A stretch of 63,217 nt of DNA, counting the filler, from an uncultured bacterium (GTDB taxonomy: Bacteria; DYJV01): NCBI GenBank assembly GCA_964543655.1. It is 4 parts of 4 records of this genome, joined end to end, with 100 filler letters (N's around TTAATTAATTAA, not from the genome) between each part and the next. Parts side by side here need not be neighbours in the genome. Positions count along the whole stretch, not along the records: positions 1 to 22,863 come from CAZIZE010000035.1; 3 more parts are not named here. The stretch is one strand, 5' to 3'. Made by a program: the position numbers and the translations under genes. The notes under the pieces are model-generated. The model was given only the letters and a program-made list of their open reading frames with translations. It searched no databases and was not told the origin of the DNA. Positions 10,292 to 22,110 of this stretch are shown here, piece by piece; positions within the stretch are counted from its first letter, which is position 1, and every line of letters starts with the position of its first letter.

Positions 10292-11535
10292 TGCTCAAAC
10301 TTTCTAAAAATAAGAGTAGCATTTGCACCACCAAATCCAAAAGAATTTGACATTGCTGTATTAATAGTAACTTCTCTTTTACCTTCTTTCACATAATCAA
10401 GGTCGCAATCTGGGTCAGGGGTTTCAAGATTAATAGTTGGGTGTACAATATTGTCTCTCATTGAAAGTACACACACAACAGCTTCCATTCCACCAGCCCC
10501 ACCAAGCATGTGACCCATCATTGATTTGGATGAATTTACAGGTATTTTATATGCATGCTCGCCAAAAAGCCTTTTTATTGCCATTGTTTCATACTTGTCA
10601 TTTAATGGAGTAGAGGTACCATGTGCATTAATATAATCTATTTCATCTGGAGATATTTTAGCATTTTCAACAGCCATTTTCATTGAATAGTACATTCCTT
10701 CACCATCTGGAGCAGGTGCTGCTATGTGATACGCATCTCCACTCATACCATAGCCAATAATTTCTCCCAATATTGGAGCGCCCCTTTTAATTGCAAAATC
10801 AAGAGACTCTATTACTAAAACTCCTGAGCCTTCAGCTACCACAAAACCGTCTCTGTTTAAATCAAATGGCCTGCTTGCCTTTGTGGGTTCGTCATTTCTT
10901 TTAGAAATAGCTTTCATTGAGTTAAAGCCAGCTATTGTAAGCTTGGTAACAACAGCTTCTGCACCTCCACATATCATTACGTCAGCATCACCTCTTTTAA
11001 TAATATGGTAAGATTCTCCAATAGCATGAGAGCCAGAAGCACATGCACTCATTAATGAAAAGTTAGGCCCCTTACAACCCCAATATATAGCAACATTACC
11101 AGAAGCAAGATTACCAATTACTTTAGGAATAAAAAAAGGTGATAATTTTTTAGGCCCACGTTTGTCAATGTCAATAGATTTTTCCTCAATAATACCCAGT
11201 CCTCCAAGACCAACACCAATACATACACCTATTCTGTGGGATATTTCAGGAGATGGTTTTAAATTTGCCAATTTTAATGCTTCTGATGTTGCTCCTATTG
11301 AATATAGAGAAAAAAGATCAAGCTTTTTTAACTCCCTTTTTTCAACATAGTCTAATGGCTCAAAATCTTTAACTTCTCCTGCTATTTTAGTATCACAATC
11401 AGAAGCATCAAATTTGGTAATATGACCAATTCCTGAAACACCATTTAAAAGATTAGTCCAGGCTTTTTCAATGCCACTACCACAGGGTGAGACAAGTCCC
11501 ACCCCGGTTATGACAACTCTTCTTCTGGAGTTCAA
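10288..11535 (-). CDS. fabF: 3-oxoacyl-ACP synthase II
   Basis: SACASG catalytic Cys, NAHGTST, GHMLG, NSFGFGG. Confidence 0.96.
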   Translation of the reverse strand: MNSRRRVVITGVGLVSPCGSGIEKAWTNLLNGVSGIGHITKFDASDCDTKIAGEVKDFEPLDYVEKRELKKLDLFSLYSIGATSEALKLANLKPSPEISHRIGVCIGVGLGGLGIIEEKSIDIDKRGPKKLSPFFIPKVIGNLASGNVAIYWGCKGPNFSLMSACASGSHAIGESYHIIKRGDADVMICGGAEAVVTKLTIAGFNSMKAISKRNDEPTKASRPFDLNRDGFVVAEGSGVLVIESLDFAIKRGAPILGEIIGYGMSGDAYHIAAPAPDGEGMYYSMKMAVENAKISPDEIDYINAHGTSTPLNDKYETMAIKRLFGEHAYKIPVNSSKSMMGHMLGGAGGMEAVVCVLSMRDNIVHPTINLETPDPDCDLDYVKEGKREVTINTAMSNSFGFGGANATLIFRKFEQ

Positions 11536-11548
11536 GGTTTATCTCCTT

Positions 11549-11788
11549 TTAATCAGTGTGTTCTTTGATATAGTTAATTGCATCCTGAACAGTTTTAATT
11601 TTTTCAGCATCTTCGTCTGGTATTTCAATACCATATTCTTCTTCCAGTGCCATTACAAGCTCCACTATATCAAGAGAATCTGCACCTAAATCATCTATAA
11701 AAGATGCTTCTAATTTTATTTCATCTTCGTCAACACCTAACTGCTCAGCAATAATACTAATAACCTTTTTTTCTAACTCTTCAGCCAT
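11549..11788 (-). CDS. acpP: Acyl carrier protein
   Basis: [14 protein letters not shown] phosphopantetheine site. Confidence 0.98.
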   Translation of the reverse strand: MAEELEKKVISIIAEQLGVDEDEIKLEASFIDDLGADSLDIVELVMALEEEYGIEIPDEDAEKIKTVQDAINYIKEHTD

Positions 11789-11860
11789 TAATACCCTCCT
11801 ATAAAATTTTTAGAGAGATTAGGTAACCAATTAAGAAAAAATTGTCAACAAAAAACTAAA

Positions 11861-13765
11861 TTATTTTTTCCCATATCCCATTTCTTTTATTACCACCTCA
11901 ATTTCAGATAAAATAGCTGGATCATCTATGGTTGAAGGCATTTTGTAATCTTCTCCATTTGCAATTTTTCTCATGGTGCCTCTTAAAATTTTCCCGGACC
12001 TTGTTTTTGGTAATCTTTTAACAACAGATGCTTGCTTGAAGCACGCAATAGCACCAATTTCATTTCTAACCATTTGAACAAGTTCAGCTGCTATTTCCTC
12101 TGCATCTTTTGTAACACCTGCTTTTAATACAAAGAATCCAATAGGTACTTCACCTTTTAGAGAATCATGTACACCAATTACAGCACATTCAGCTACATCA
12201 GGATGCTTTGCTATAACTTCTTCCATTCCACCTGTTGAAAGCCTGTGTCCAGCAACATTGATTATATCATCTACTCTCCCCATTATATACACATAACCAT
12301 CTTCATCTATGTAACCACCATCTCCTGTAAAATAATATCCAGGGAATGGGCTTAAATAAGATTCTATAAATTTTTGATCATTCTGCCATAATGTTGGTAA
12401 TGTACCAGGAGGTAACGGTAATTTAACAACAACAATACCCTCTTCTCCCTTTGGAAGCTCCTTGTTGTCACTATCAACTATTCTTACATCATATCCTGGA
12501 ACAGGTTTCGTTGGTGAGCCAGGTTTTATAGGCAAAAGCTCTATACCAGCACAATTAGCTGCAATTGCCCAACCAGTTTCTGTTTGCCACCAGTGATCTA
12601 TTACAGGTTTTTTAAGAAGGTCACTTGCCCAATGATATGTATCTGGATCTAATCTTTCGCCAGCAAGAAACAGATATTTAAAGTTGCTTAAATCATATTT
12701 TTTCAGAAATTCTCCATTAGGGTCCTCTTTTTTTATTGCTCTAAATGCTGTTGGTGCTGTAAATAAAACTTTTACATTATGCTCTGAAATAATCCTCCAA
12801 AAAACCCCGGCATCAGGTGTGCCAATTGGTTTCCCTTCAAAGAGAATAGTAGTACAACCTGTAAGCAATGGTCCGTAAACAATGTAGGAATGACCAACAA
12901 CCCAGCCTACATCAGATGCTGCCCAATAAACTTCCCCAGGTTTGGTGTCATAAATATATTCAAGGCTCCATCTTAGAGCAACTGCATGGCCACCGTTATC
13001 TCTAACAACACCTTTTGGAATACCAGTGGTACCTGATGTATAAAGAATGTATAATGGATCAGTTGCTTTAAGTGGAACGCAATCAACAGGAGTTGCATCT
13101 TTCATACACTCTTCCCAATCATAATCACGTCCATCAATCATGGAGGCTTTTACCTGTGGTCTCTGATAAATAATGCACTTTTCAGGTTTTGCATCTGCAA
13201 GTTCTATAGCTTTATCAAGTAATGGTTTATATTCAATTATTTTTTTGCCTTCAATACCACACGAAGCAGAGATTATTAGTTTTGGCTTGGCGTCATTTAT
13301 TCTAACTGCAAGCTCATTTGAAGCAAATCCACCAAAAACAACAGAATGAATAGCTCCAATTCTTGCACATGCTAACATTGCTATTGGTGCTTCTGGTATC
13401 ATTGGCATATAAATTATAACTCTGTCACCTTTTTCTACACCAAAAGATTTTAACACTCCTGCAAATTTTGCAACAATATCTCTCAACTCTTTATATGTAA
13501 ATTTTTTAATTGTATCTGTTACTGGGCTATCATAAATCATAGCAAGCTGATCAGCTCTTCCCTGCTCAACATGTCTATCAAGAGCATTGTAACAGGTGTT
13601 CATTTCTCCACCAACAAACCATCTGTAAAAATGTGGAGCGCCTGAGTCGTCTAAAACTTTGTCCCATTTTTTGTACCAGTCAATTTTTTCTGCTGCTTCT
13701 GCCCAGAAAGCTTCTGGATTTTCAATAGACATTTTAAATGCTTCTTCATAATTCTTATATCCCAT
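11861..13765 (-). CDS. prpE: Propionyl-CoA synthetase
   Basis: YTSGTTGIPKG, RDNGGH, SDVGWVVGHSY, HWWQTETG, PKTRSGK; strong GGAGG SD. Confidence 0.88.
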   Translation of the reverse strand: MGYKNYEEAFKMSIENPEAFWAEAAEKIDWYKKWDKVLDDSGAPHFYRWFVGGEMNTCYNALDRHVEQGRADQLAMIYDSPVTDTIKKFTYKELRDIVAKFAGVLKSFGVEKGDRVIIYMPMIPEAPIAMLACARIGAIHSVVFGGFASNELAVRINDAKPKLIISASCGIEGKKIIEYKPLLDKAIELADAKPEKCIIYQRPQVKASMIDGRDYDWEECMKDATPVDCVPLKATDPLYILYTSGTTGIPKGVVRDNGGHAVALRWSLEYIYDTKPGEVYWAASDVGWVVGHSYIVYGPLLTGCTTILFEGKPIGTPDAGVFWRIISEHNVKVLFTAPTAFRAIKKEDPNGEFLKKYDLSNFKYLFLAGERLDPDTYHWASDLLKKPVIDHWWQTETGWAIAANCAGIELLPIKPGSPTKPVPGYDVRIVDSDNKELPKGEEGIVVVKLPLPPGTLPTLWQNDQKFIESYLSPFPGYYFTGDGGYIDEDGYVYIMGRVDDIINVAGHRLSTGGMEEVIAKHPDVAECAVIGVHDSLKGEVPIGFFVLKAGVTKDAEEIAAELVQMVRNEIGAIACFKQASVVKRLPKTRSGKILRGTMRKIANGEDYKMPSTIDDPAILSEIEVVIKEMGYGKK

Positions 13766-13794
13766 GATTGCCTCCTTTTAAAAGTTGTTAAAAT

Positions 13795-13823
13795 TGTATA
13801 CATAATATTTTAAATCTTGTCAA
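13795..13823 (-). promoter_or_regulatory. Sigma70 promoter of prpE with overlapping palindrome
   Basis: Minus strand TTGACA (13823-13818), 17 nt, TATACA (13800-13795); palindrome TGTATACA at 13795-13802. Confidence 0.6.
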
Positions 13824-13855
13824 TAAACAATGTTTGAATGAAATGGATGAAAAAA

Positions 13856-14401
13856 TTAAATTTTAATACTTTTTAATGTGTCTTTGTACACAGAAAAAGC
13901 ATTATTCCCAAATAACACCATTCTTACTTCTTTGAAATGATTTTCCTCTTTAATGAAATTAATAATTGTACTAAGTGCTATTTTAGCAGCTTCTTTTAAA
14001 GGAAATCTGTAAGCACCTGTGCTGATTGATGGGAAAGCAATGGTTTGCAAATCATGTTCTTTTGCTATTTTTAAAGAATTTTTATAGGCATTTGAAAGTA
14101 ACTCTGCTTCGCTGTTGTTACCACCTCTATAGATTGGTCCAACTGTATGAATAACATATTTTGCTTTTAAATTGCCACCTGAAGTAATAACAGCTTCACC
14201 AGTAGGCAGGAAATTTATTTTTTCAACTATTTTTTTACACTCTTCTAAAATTTTTGGCCCACCAGCTCTATGAATTGCACCATCAACTCCTCCTCCACCC
14301 ATTAAAGATGAATTTGCAGCATTTACAATTGCATCAACTTCTTGCTGAGTAATATCACCTTGAAGTAAAATTAGTTCACAATTGTTTATTTTAACTTTCA
14401 C
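13856..14401 (-). CDS. Macrodomain O-acetyl-ADP-ribose deacetylase
   Basis: [35 protein letters not shown]. Confidence 0.95.
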   Translation of the reverse strand: MKVKINNCELILLQGDITQQEVDAIVNAANSSLMGGGGVDGAIHRAGGPKILEECKKIVEKINFLPTGEAVITSGGNLKAKYVIHTVGPIYRGGNNSEAELLSNAYKNSLKIAKEHDLQTIAFPSISTGAYRFPLKEAAKIALSTIINFIKEENHFKEVRMVLFGNNAFSVYKDTLKSIKI

Positions 14402-15536
14402 TTTCTCCTCCTTTGTCTAAATTTAAACACTCTTCAAGATTTAATGGTAATCTTATAGAAAAAGTTGTTCCCTCATTTTGAGAGTATGTAACCAAAACAT
14501 CGCCTTTTAAATATCTGTGAGCAATGAGATGCATGAGATATATGCCAATTCTTGATTCTTTAATATTTAAAAAATCTTTCTGAAAAAGTTTATACTGAAT
14601 TTTAGGTGGAATAATTTTTGGTGTTTTAATTGATATAATAATATTATTTTTGTCAGGTTTTGCACTAATACTAATAACTTCTGGTTGAGCATCTTTTAAT
14701 CCATATTCGATGGTTAATTTTAAAATTAGAAACAAAAGATTATAATCTGAAATAAATTCAACACTACTTGTATCTGGCTCTATTTTTAATTTGATTTTTG
14801 AATAATTGAAAGTTTCGCAAATTTCTTTTAGCAATTCACCAGAATTTATTTCTATTGGATTAATGTCAAGTTTGTAATTTTCCGCATCAAGAATAAGTTT
14901 TTGAAAATTAATTTCATCAATAAGTTTCTGAATTTTATCATCAAGAGCGTCAATAATTTCATTATCTGGCTCCATATCTTTTAAAACATGGCTACCTATT
15001 TTGATTTCTGTTAATTCATTGTAAAATTTGTTAAGTAATTGTTTTTCTAAAAATAATTTCCTTTTTTCATCAGATATATCTTTTATTGAAAATAGTGAAT
15101 AAAAATTATTGGAAAATTCAACTGGTGATGCAGAAACTTCAAGAAATATGGTATTACCATCTTTCTGGGTAATAGTGCACTCTCTAACATCTGAAACACC
15201 TTTAATTGAAGCAAGTATTGCATTAACTGCTCCACAATATTGACAGAATTTAGTGGTTCCACAGCCACCTTTCAATATATCTGAATGGATACAATTAAAA
15301 ATTTCACCTGGTCTGAGTCCTAAAATTTTATCTAAGTTTTTAATATTTACTATTTTTTTGAAATAATCATTTGCGAAAACTACCTGACGAAACTTATTGA
15401 GAATAAGTATAATTATGGGTATTTTATCAAAAATTTGTTTATTAAAAATTTCTGATTTTAATAGTTTATTATATTCATCTAATATTTTTTCTTTTGGTAG
15501 TCTCTCTGCTGGTGCAAATTCTGTGTATTGAGTCAT
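14391..15536 (-). CDS. Cys-rich PAS domain + degenerate histidine kinase-like protein
   Basis: GLRPGE-C-x9-C-x5-C-x2-C PAS; C-terminal HATPase-like GTTFSIRLP; no recognisable H-box His; ATG 15536 has AGGAG SD. Confidence 0.7.
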   Translation of the reverse strand: MTQYTEFAPAERLPKEKILDEYNKLLKSEIFNKQIFDKIPIIILILNKFRQVVFANDYFKKIVNIKNLDKILGLRPGEIFNCIHSDILKGGCGTTKFCQYCGAVNAILASIKGVSDVRECTITQKDGNTIFLEVSASPVEFSNNFYSLFSIKDISDEKRKLFLEKQLLNKFYNELTEIKIGSHVLKDMEPDNEIIDALDDKIQKLIDEINFQKLILDAENYKLDINPIEINSGELLKEICETFNYSKIKLKIEPDTSSVEFISDYNLLFLILKLTIEYGLKDAQPEVISISAKPDKNNIIISIKTPKIIPPKIQYKLFQKDFLNIKESRIGIYLMHLIAHRYLKGDVLVTYSQNEGTTFSIRLPLNLEECLNLDKGGESES

Positions 15537-15559
15537 GTTTTCTCCTTTTAAAAAAAATA

Positions 15560-15588
15560 TTGACAATGAAAAATTTTTCCTGTATTAA
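15560..15588 (+). promoter_or_regulatory. Sigma70 promoter for tRNA-Phe
   Basis: TTGACA (15560-15565), 17 nt, TATTAA (15583-15588). Confidence 0.65.
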
Positions 15589-15599
15589 GAGCACTCAAT

Positions 15600-15672
15600 G
15601 CCGGGTTAGCTCAGTCGGTAGAGCAGGGGACTGAAAATCCCCGTGTCCTTGGTTCGATTCCGAGACCCGGCA
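15600..15672 (+). tRNA. tRNA-Phe(GAA), CCA not encoded
   Basis: GCCGGGT/ACCCGGC acceptor stem, GGGGA-CTGAAAA-TCCCC anticodon arm, GGTTCGATTCC T-arm. Confidence 0.97.
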
Positions 15673-15680
15673 TTTTTATT

Positions 15681-18371
15681 TTACAATAAATTGTAAATTT
15701 TTTCCAGTCTCTCCATTTCTTTTGTAATTACTGTTTTATCTTTTAATTTAGCTGCTTCTTCTATAGTTTTGCAGATAGAAGTTATCTCATTTATACCAAT
15801 ATTTGCAGCAGCTCCTTTTAATGTATGAGCTATAATTTTTATTTTGTCAAAATCTTCACTTTTAAGGCAAACAGACAAATTTGTTATAGAGTTTTTAAGG
15901 CTTTTTTTGAAAGAAGTAATGATTTTTTCTAAAACTTCCTCATTATCACCAATTATACTTTTTAAATAATCAAAGTTAAAGCCTTTATATTCTTTTTCAT
16001 CTATTTTTTCAATTATTTTTTCTTCTACTTTTAAATATTTTTTTAAAACATCTATTAATTCATTTTTATTAATAGGTTTAGAAATGTAATCATTAAAACC
16101 TTTTTCAAGTAAAAATTTTTTCTCATGCTCCATTGCAGCAGCAGTAAGCCCTATAATAATAAAATTTCTATTTTTCAATTTATTTAATTCCTCTGGAGAG
16201 ATTTTTTCATGTTTTACAGATTCACCATGTTGAACTTTCCTTAAAATTTCTACAGTTTCCACACCATCCATTTCAGGCATATGCCAGTCCATTAAAATAA
16301 TATCAAAATCTTCATTAGCAAGAATTTTAATAGCTTCTATTCCATTTTCTGCGAATTTTGCATTTATTTTTAGCTTTTTTAATAGCTCATCAATTAAAAT
16401 TTGATTGGTTACATTATCCTCTACTACCAATACCTTAGCATTTGGAAAAATACTATCCATAAAATTAACATCTCTATGTTTTTTAGAAGAAGTAACAGAT
16501 TGACTATATTTTAATTCTAAAGAAAAGTAGAATTTTGAGCCTTTTCCCTCTTTACTTTCTACCCATATTTTACCATTATACTTTTTGATAATTTTAGATG
16601 ATATAGTCAGGCCAAGGCCAGTGCCACCAAATTTCCTTGTAATAGATGTATCAGCCTGAGAAAATGCATTGAAAATATTATCTATTTTATCTTTAGGTAT
16701 TCCGATACCAGTATCATAAATTGTAAATAATAATTTACATTTATTTTTCTCCTTGGAAAGTAATTTTACAGTTATTCCAACTTCTCCTTTTTCAGTAAAC
16801 TTAATAGCATTACTTAATAGATTTTTTATAACCTGAGAAATCCTTACTTCGTCACCTATTAAGTAATCAGGAATATTTTCATCAATATGAAACTTTAATT
16901 GAATATTTTTTTCACTGGCTTTTTTTGAAAAGATGCTTATCTCTTTTTGAATCATTGTTGATAAGCTGAAAATATTCTCTTCAAATTCCATTTTACCAGC
17001 TTCAAGTTTTGAAATATCCAAAATATCATTTAAAATTCTCAAAAGATGCTCTGATGATGATTTTAATAGGTCAAGATATTTTTTCTGAGTTTCATTAATT
17101 TCAGTTTCAAGTAATAGGTCAATAAAACCTATAATAGCATTCATTGGTGTTCTAATTTCGTGACTCATATTAGCTAAAAATTCAGATTTAACTCTATTTG
17201 AAATTTCAAGCTGGTGCATTAGATTGTCTTTAAGCTCTTCCTGCTTTTTTAGTAAAGAACTCATCTCATTTGCATAAATTGCAAGATCTCTAAATTCGTC
17301 AAATAAAAAGTAATCTTTCTCTATTTGAACAAATTTGGTTGGAATTTTGTTGAAAAAACGTTTAAATACTTTAAATTCTTCTAAAATTTTATTTAAAAGT
17401 TTTTTAGATATTGAAAAGAGAATAATAAAGAAAAGTAAATTTATACAAATAAATATTGCTAAAATGTTTCCATAGAAAATTTTAAATTTTTTTAATAGGT
17501 TTCCAATATCTTGCTTTATAATTGACAGATTGTAAAAAGTTACTATTTTCCAATTCCACCCTGAGATTGTATCTATATAGTAAAGAAATGACCTGTCCTG
17601 GCAAAAGCCATCTTTTTTTGAAACTAACGTTTTAAAGCATTCAAATTGAAGATTTTTTTTGTTTAAAAGAATATTTTTTTTATTTAAAATTATCAATCCT
17701 ATATTTGGTGGAAAATTAAAATTTGAAATACTTTCAAGAATTTTATTTTTTAAGCCTTTTTCAAAATTTTCAAAATATTCTCCTGTTCCAATTATCCAGT
17801 TAAATGGCTCAAATAATTTAATAAAGGATAATTTTCTATAAAATCTATCATGGTAATATGGATGCGGTCTTACATATTGGTAAAATCCTTCTTTTTTCTT
17901 TTTAATTAATTTTATCATCCCTTTAATCATATATTTCCCTTTTGCATCCTGCAAATTTAAAATATTTTCTCCCTCTTTTTCAGGATGCAAAGGATAGAGA
18001 ATTCTAATTCCACTAATTGAAAAAATAAAGAAGTAACCTCTTTCATTATTAAACCTCACTTTTCCAAGAGCTTCTTTAATTAATTGTTTGATTTTTTCTA
18101 TTGGGAGAGAGTTTTTATTTTTGTTGTAAATAGAATATGCAATGTTATATGCTTCATAAACCTGATCTCTTAACATTTTTTTTAATTTATATGTAACCAG
18201 GTTTCTATTGTATTCAATGTAATTTTTTATAGAAAGATTTTCATTTTTTATAATATCTTTTCTATACAGAATTGCATGTTGAATAATCTCTTGTTGAATA
18301 AGATTTTTTAATTGTGAATTAAAAATAGGGATGAAAATAATTGATATAATAAGAAATATGGAAAAAGCCAA
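15681..18371 (-). CDS. Hybrid sensor histidine kinase (Cache-HisKA-HATPase-REC-HPt)
   Basis: [15 protein letters not shown]-box, NAIKFT, DTGIGI, GTGLGL, VVED/MDWHMP receiver, AHTLKG HPt; true start may be 18422. Confidence 0.93.
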   Translation of the reverse strand: MAFSIFLIISIIFIPIFNSQLKNLIQQEIIQHAILYRKDIIKNENLSIKNYIEYNRNLVTYKLKKMLRDQVYEAYNIAYSIYNKNKNSLPIEKIKQLIKEALGKVRFNNERGYFFIFSISGIRILYPLHPEKEGENILNLQDAKGKYMIKGMIKLIKKKKEGFYQYVRPHPYYHDRFYRKLSFIKLFEPFNWIIGTGEYFENFEKGLKNKILESISNFNFPPNIGLIILNKKNILLNKKNLQFECFKTLVSKKDGFCQDRSFLYYIDTISGWNWKIVTFYNLSIIKQDIGNLLKKFKIFYGNILAIFICINLLFFIILFSISKKLLNKILEEFKVFKRFFNKIPTKFVQIEKDYFLFDEFRDLAIYANEMSSLLKKQEELKDNLMHQLEISNRVKSEFLANMSHEIRTPMNAIIGFIDLLLETEINETQKKYLDLLKSSSEHLLRILNDILDISKLEAGKMEFEENIFSLSTMIQKEISIFSKKASEKNIQLKFHIDENIPDYLIGDEVRISQVIKNLLSNAIKFTEKGEVGITVKLLSKEKNKCKLLFTIYDTGIGIPKDKIDNIFNAFSQADTSITRKFGGTGLGLTISSKIIKKYNGKIWVESKEGKGSKFYFSLELKYSQSVTSSKKHRDVNFMDSIFPNAKVLVVEDNVTNQILIDELLKKLKINAKFAENGIEAIKILANEDFDIILMDWHMPEMDGVETVEILRKVQHGESVKHEKISPEELNKLKNRNFIIIGLTAAAMEHEKKFLLEKGFNDYISKPINKNELIDVLKKYLKVEEKIIEKIDEKEYKGFNFDYLKSIIGDNEEVLEKIITSFKKSLKNSITNLSVCLKSEDFDKIKIIAHTLKGAAANIGINEITSICKTIEEAAKLKDKTVITKEMERLEKIYNLL

Positions 18372-18414
18372 TAAATAAAAAATTTTTAGATAATTACTAA
18401 GGGAAATACCTTTT

Positions 18415-19446
18415 TTATTTATTGTATTGCTCCTTGATTTTTAATACATTTTCAATATCTTGAAAAAAAGCATCCACACATTTTGGATCAAAGTGCTCAC
18501 CTTTTTCCTGCTTTAATAAATTAAAAGCCTTTTCAATAGGCCATGGCTCTTTATAAGGTCTTTTAGAGGTTAATGCATCAAAAACATCAGCCACAGCACA
18601 TATTCTACCACTTAAAGGAATTTCTTCACCTTTTAATCCTTTAGGATAACCTCTACCATTAAATTTTTCATGGTGGGTAATGGCGATTTCTGCAGAAAGC
18701 TTGAGAAGCTCGATTTCTGAATCAGCAAGTATATTAAAACCAGAAACAGTATGAGTTTTAATAATTTCAAACTCTTCATCAGTTAATTTGCCTGGTTTTA
18801 ATAAAATATTGTCAGGAATTGCAATTTTGCCAACATCATGCATAGGAGCTGCCTTTAAGATCATCACCTGATCATGTTCGGGAAGTTCAAGGTTTTTAGC
18901 TATGTGATAAGAGTATTGAGCCATTCTTAAAATATGATCACCTGTATCATCATCTCTAAATTCAGCAGCCTTTGATAATCTTAGAATAATTTCGCTTTCT
19001 CTTTCATCAATGAGCCTGGTAGCTTTTTTTACTTCTTCAGCAAGCCATTTAGCTTTATCTGATAGCTTTTTATGAGCATCTCTAAGCTGAAGCATATTTT
19101 TAACTCTTGCAATAAATTCAGCTTGATTTACAGGCTTAGTAAGGAAATCATTAATTCCTGCTGAAAGTGCATCCATTTTTATACTATTTTCCTGTAAAGC
19201 TGTAATCATAATAATAGGGATTGATTCATTGTGAGGGATTTCTCTAAATTTGGTAGAAAATGTTATTCCATCAAGCTCTGGCATCATAAAGTCAACAATA
19301 ACAAGGTCGCAAATATTTTCTTCACACCATGTTAAAGCTTCTTTGGGGTCACTGAAAGTTTCTGTTTCAATGTCACCAATATTTTTAATCATTTCTGAAA
19401 AAATTATTAAATTGGTTTCAACATCGTCAACAATTATAGCTTTCAT
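18415..19446 (-). CDS. Response regulator with HD-GYP c-di-GMP phosphodiesterase domain (RpfG family)
   Basis: N-terminal REC (VDD, DFMMP, KP), [16 protein letters not shown]. Confidence 0.93.
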   Translation of the reverse strand: MKAIIVDDVETNLIIFSEMIKNIGDIETETFSDPKEALTWCEENICDLVIVDFMMPELDGITFSTKFREIPHNESIPIIMITALQENSIKMDALSAGINDFLTKPVNQAEFIARVKNMLQLRDAHKKLSDKAKWLAEEVKKATRLIDERESEIILRLSKAAEFRDDDTGDHILRMAQYSYHIAKNLELPEHDQVMILKAAPMHDVGKIAIPDNILLKPGKLTDEEFEIIKTHTVSGFNILADSEIELLKLSAEIAITHHEKFNGRGYPKGLKGEEIPLSGRICAVADVFDALTSKRPYKEPWPIEKAFNLLKQEKGEHFDPKCVDAFFQDIENVLKIKEQYNK

Positions 19447-19526
19447 ATTGCCTCCAAGTTAAGTTTGATAACTATAACTAAAATTATTAAATATTTGTTA
19501 CCAGATTATTAAAAAAATTTCAAGGA

Positions 19527-22064
19527 TTATGCTATTTTTATTAAACCCTCCACAAATTTATTTGCAAAACCAGGATGATATGGAATAATTCTTATTTGAT
19601 ACCCAAAAGCTCCTGATTTTTCACTATGAATACTACTTTTGAAAATGTAAATGTTAGAGTCTTTTTTATTTAAAAATTCCATTTTCACTGTTTTAGGATC
19701 CATTATTTTTTCATCACTATCAAGTTCGCCATATAAAATTTCTACAACTATATCTTCTTCTGTTAATTCATTTAAGAAAATTTCCACTTTAATTTCAATA
19801 TCTTCTCCTGTGTAAATTTCAGATTTTTTAGGAGTTATTATTGATTTTACCTCTACTTTATCCCAGTTTTTATAAATTTTTTCCCTCCAGTTTCTTATAT
19901 CTTTAAGAAGGATGAGGTTATTTTCTGTTAATTTTTTTAAATGATTGCCAATTGGAATGTAAAATTTTTCTGTATATTCTTTAACCATTCTATGAGTATT
20001 AAAAAAAGGTAATATTGTTTCAAGAGAAATTTTCATTTTTTTTATCCATTCATGTGGCAGACCATCCAATCCTTTGTTGTAAAACAGGGGGACTATTTCA
20101 TTTTCAAGAATATCGTAAAGCATGGTACTTTCAATTGCATCCTGATTTTGAACATCTTCACCATACTCTTCACCTCCACCTATTGCCCATCCATTTTCAC
20201 CATTAAAAGCTTCATCCCACCAACCGTCTAAAACACTTAAATTTAAAACTCCATTAATTGAAGCTTTCATTCCACTGGTACCACTTGCTTCAAGTGGTCT
20301 TCGAGGGTTGTTAAGCCATACATCAACACCTTGAACAAGATATTTGGCTACATTTAAATCATAATCTTCTATAAAAACAATTTTTCTTCTAAATTCTGGT
20401 TTTCTAATAATATTCATAATATTTCTTATAATCTCCTTACCAACAGTATCAGATTGATGTGCTTTTCCGGCAATTATCAATTGCACTGGAAAATTTCTAT
20501 TGTTTAAAATATTTTTTAATCTATCTAAATCTTTAAATATTAAAAAGGCCCTTTTATATTCAGCAAACCTACGTGCAAAACCTATTGTAAGTGCATCAGG
20601 TTCGAGAACTTCTGATGAAATTCGTATTTCACTGTTTGGCCTTTTTCTTTCAATAAGCTGTTTTCTTAATCTTTCTCTAATAAAACCTATTAATCTTTCC
20701 TTTAATCTTAAATGGCTTCTCCATAACTCAGCATCAGGAATTGCTTTTATTCTGTCAAATACTCCATTTTTTGAAGGATCTTCCCTCCATTTAGGGCCAA
20801 TATATCTATCAAAAAGCTTGGTAAATTCGTCAGAGAGCCAGGTATATATATGAACTCCATTTGTAACATGCGTGATGGGAACTTCATCCCCTGGAAGATT
20901 TGGCCACAAAACCTGCCACATCTTTCTGGATGTTTTACCATGAAGCTTACTAACACCATTAGCAAAAATTGAATTTCTTAGAGCAAAAACTGTCATATTA
21001 AATTGATTGTCATGTTCATTGATTTTTCCAAGTTTTTTAACAAAATCATAAGGAATGGATTTTTCTTCAATGTATGGTTTTAAATATTTATCAACAAGAT
21101 AATCATCAAAAACTTCATTTCCTGCTGGCACAGGTGTATGAGTGGTAAATATGTTGGAATTTCTAACAAGATCGTATGCCTCTGAAAATGAAATATTAAA
21201 TTTATCCATTGCATTAACGTATTTTTCAATGGAGAGAAAGGCTGAATGACCTTCATTCATATGGCAAATTGCAGGGCAAAGATTTAATTTCTCCAATAGT
21301 TTCATTCCTCCTATTCCTAATACTATCTCTTGCTTAATTCTGGTATTTCTATCTCCTACGTAAAGATAGTATGTAATTGAGCGATCCTCAGGTGTATTTT
21401 TTTCAAAATTAGTATCAAGAAAATATATAGGAATCCTACCAACATCTATTTTCCATACTCTTGCTGATATATGTCTTGTTTCAAGTGGAATTTCTATGAT
21501 AATATCTTTAACCAAAGATACTGGCAGATTGGTAAAATCATTTTCTCTATACTTTTCCATTTGCCAGCCATCTGCTGTAAGGTATTGATTAAAATTTCCA
21601 AATGAGTATAATAGCCCAATTCCAACAAGTGGAAGCCCAAGCCCACTTGAAGATTTTATGTGACACCCTGATAACACTCCAAGCCCACCTGAATAAATTG
21701 GTAGAGAGTCGTGCAAGCCAAATTCCATAGAAAAATAAGCAATATTCATTAACTGCTCTCTATAATCTTTTATATGCCAGGTTGAATAATTTTTATACAT
21801 TAGAAAGTTATTATAAATATCAATCATATGCCTTATAAAGCTATCATCATTTGATATTTCTTCAAGTTTTTCTCTACCAATAATACCAAGCATTCTTACT
21901 GGATTATGTTTAGTTTTTTCCCATAGGTCAGAGTCAAGCAGCCTGAAAAGATCTACAGCATCTGGATTCCATGACCACCACAAATTGTAGGCTATTTCAA
22001 GGAGCGGTTTTAAATTGTCAGGTAATTTAGGTAATACTGTGAATTTATGTACTTTGCTTTTCAT
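19527..22064 (-). CDS. glgP: Alpha-glucan (glycogen) phosphorylase
   Basis: YSGGLG, NEGH, FARRFAEYKR, EASGTSGMK PLP site; ATG 22064 with AGGAG SD. Confidence 0.95.
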   Translation of the reverse strand: MKSKVHKFTVLPKLPDNLKPLLEIAYNLWWSWNPDAVDLFRLLDSDLWEKTKHNPVRMLGIIGREKLEEISNDDSFIRHMIDIYNNFLMYKNYSTWHIKDYREQLMNIAYFSMEFGLHDSLPIYSGGLGVLSGCHIKSSSGLGLPLVGIGLLYSFGNFNQYLTADGWQMEKYRENDFTNLPVSLVKDIIIEIPLETRHISARVWKIDVGRIPIYFLDTNFEKNTPEDRSITYYLYVGDRNTRIKQEIVLGIGGMKLLEKLNLCPAICHMNEGHSAFLSIEKYVNAMDKFNISFSEAYDLVRNSNIFTTHTPVPAGNEVFDDYLVDKYLKPYIEEKSIPYDFVKKLGKINEHDNQFNMTVFALRNSIFANGVSKLHGKTSRKMWQVLWPNLPGDEVPITHVTNGVHIYTWLSDEFTKLFDRYIGPKWREDPSKNGVFDRIKAIPDAELWRSHLRLKERLIGFIRERLRKQLIERKRPNSEIRISSEVLEPDALTIGFARRFAEYKRAFLIFKDLDRLKNILNNRNFPVQLIIAGKAHQSDTVGKEIIRNIMNIIRKPEFRRKIVFIEDYDLNVAKYLVQGVDVWLNNPRRPLEASGTSGMKASINGVLNLSVLDGWWDEAFNGENGWAIGGGEEYGEDVQNQDAIESTMLYDILENEIVPLFYNKGLDGLPHEWIKKMKISLETILPFFNTHRMVKEYTEKFYIPIGNHLKKLTENNLILLKDIRNWREKIYKNWDKVEVKSIITPKKSEIYTGEDIEIKVEIFLNELTEEDIVVEILYGELDSDEKIMDPKTVKMEFLNKKDSNIYIFKSSIHSEKSGAFGYQIRIIPYHPGFANKFVEGLIKIA

Positions 22065-22110
22065 AAAAAACTCCTTTTTTATATAATTTAAACTTGTTAA
22101 GTTCAGACTA

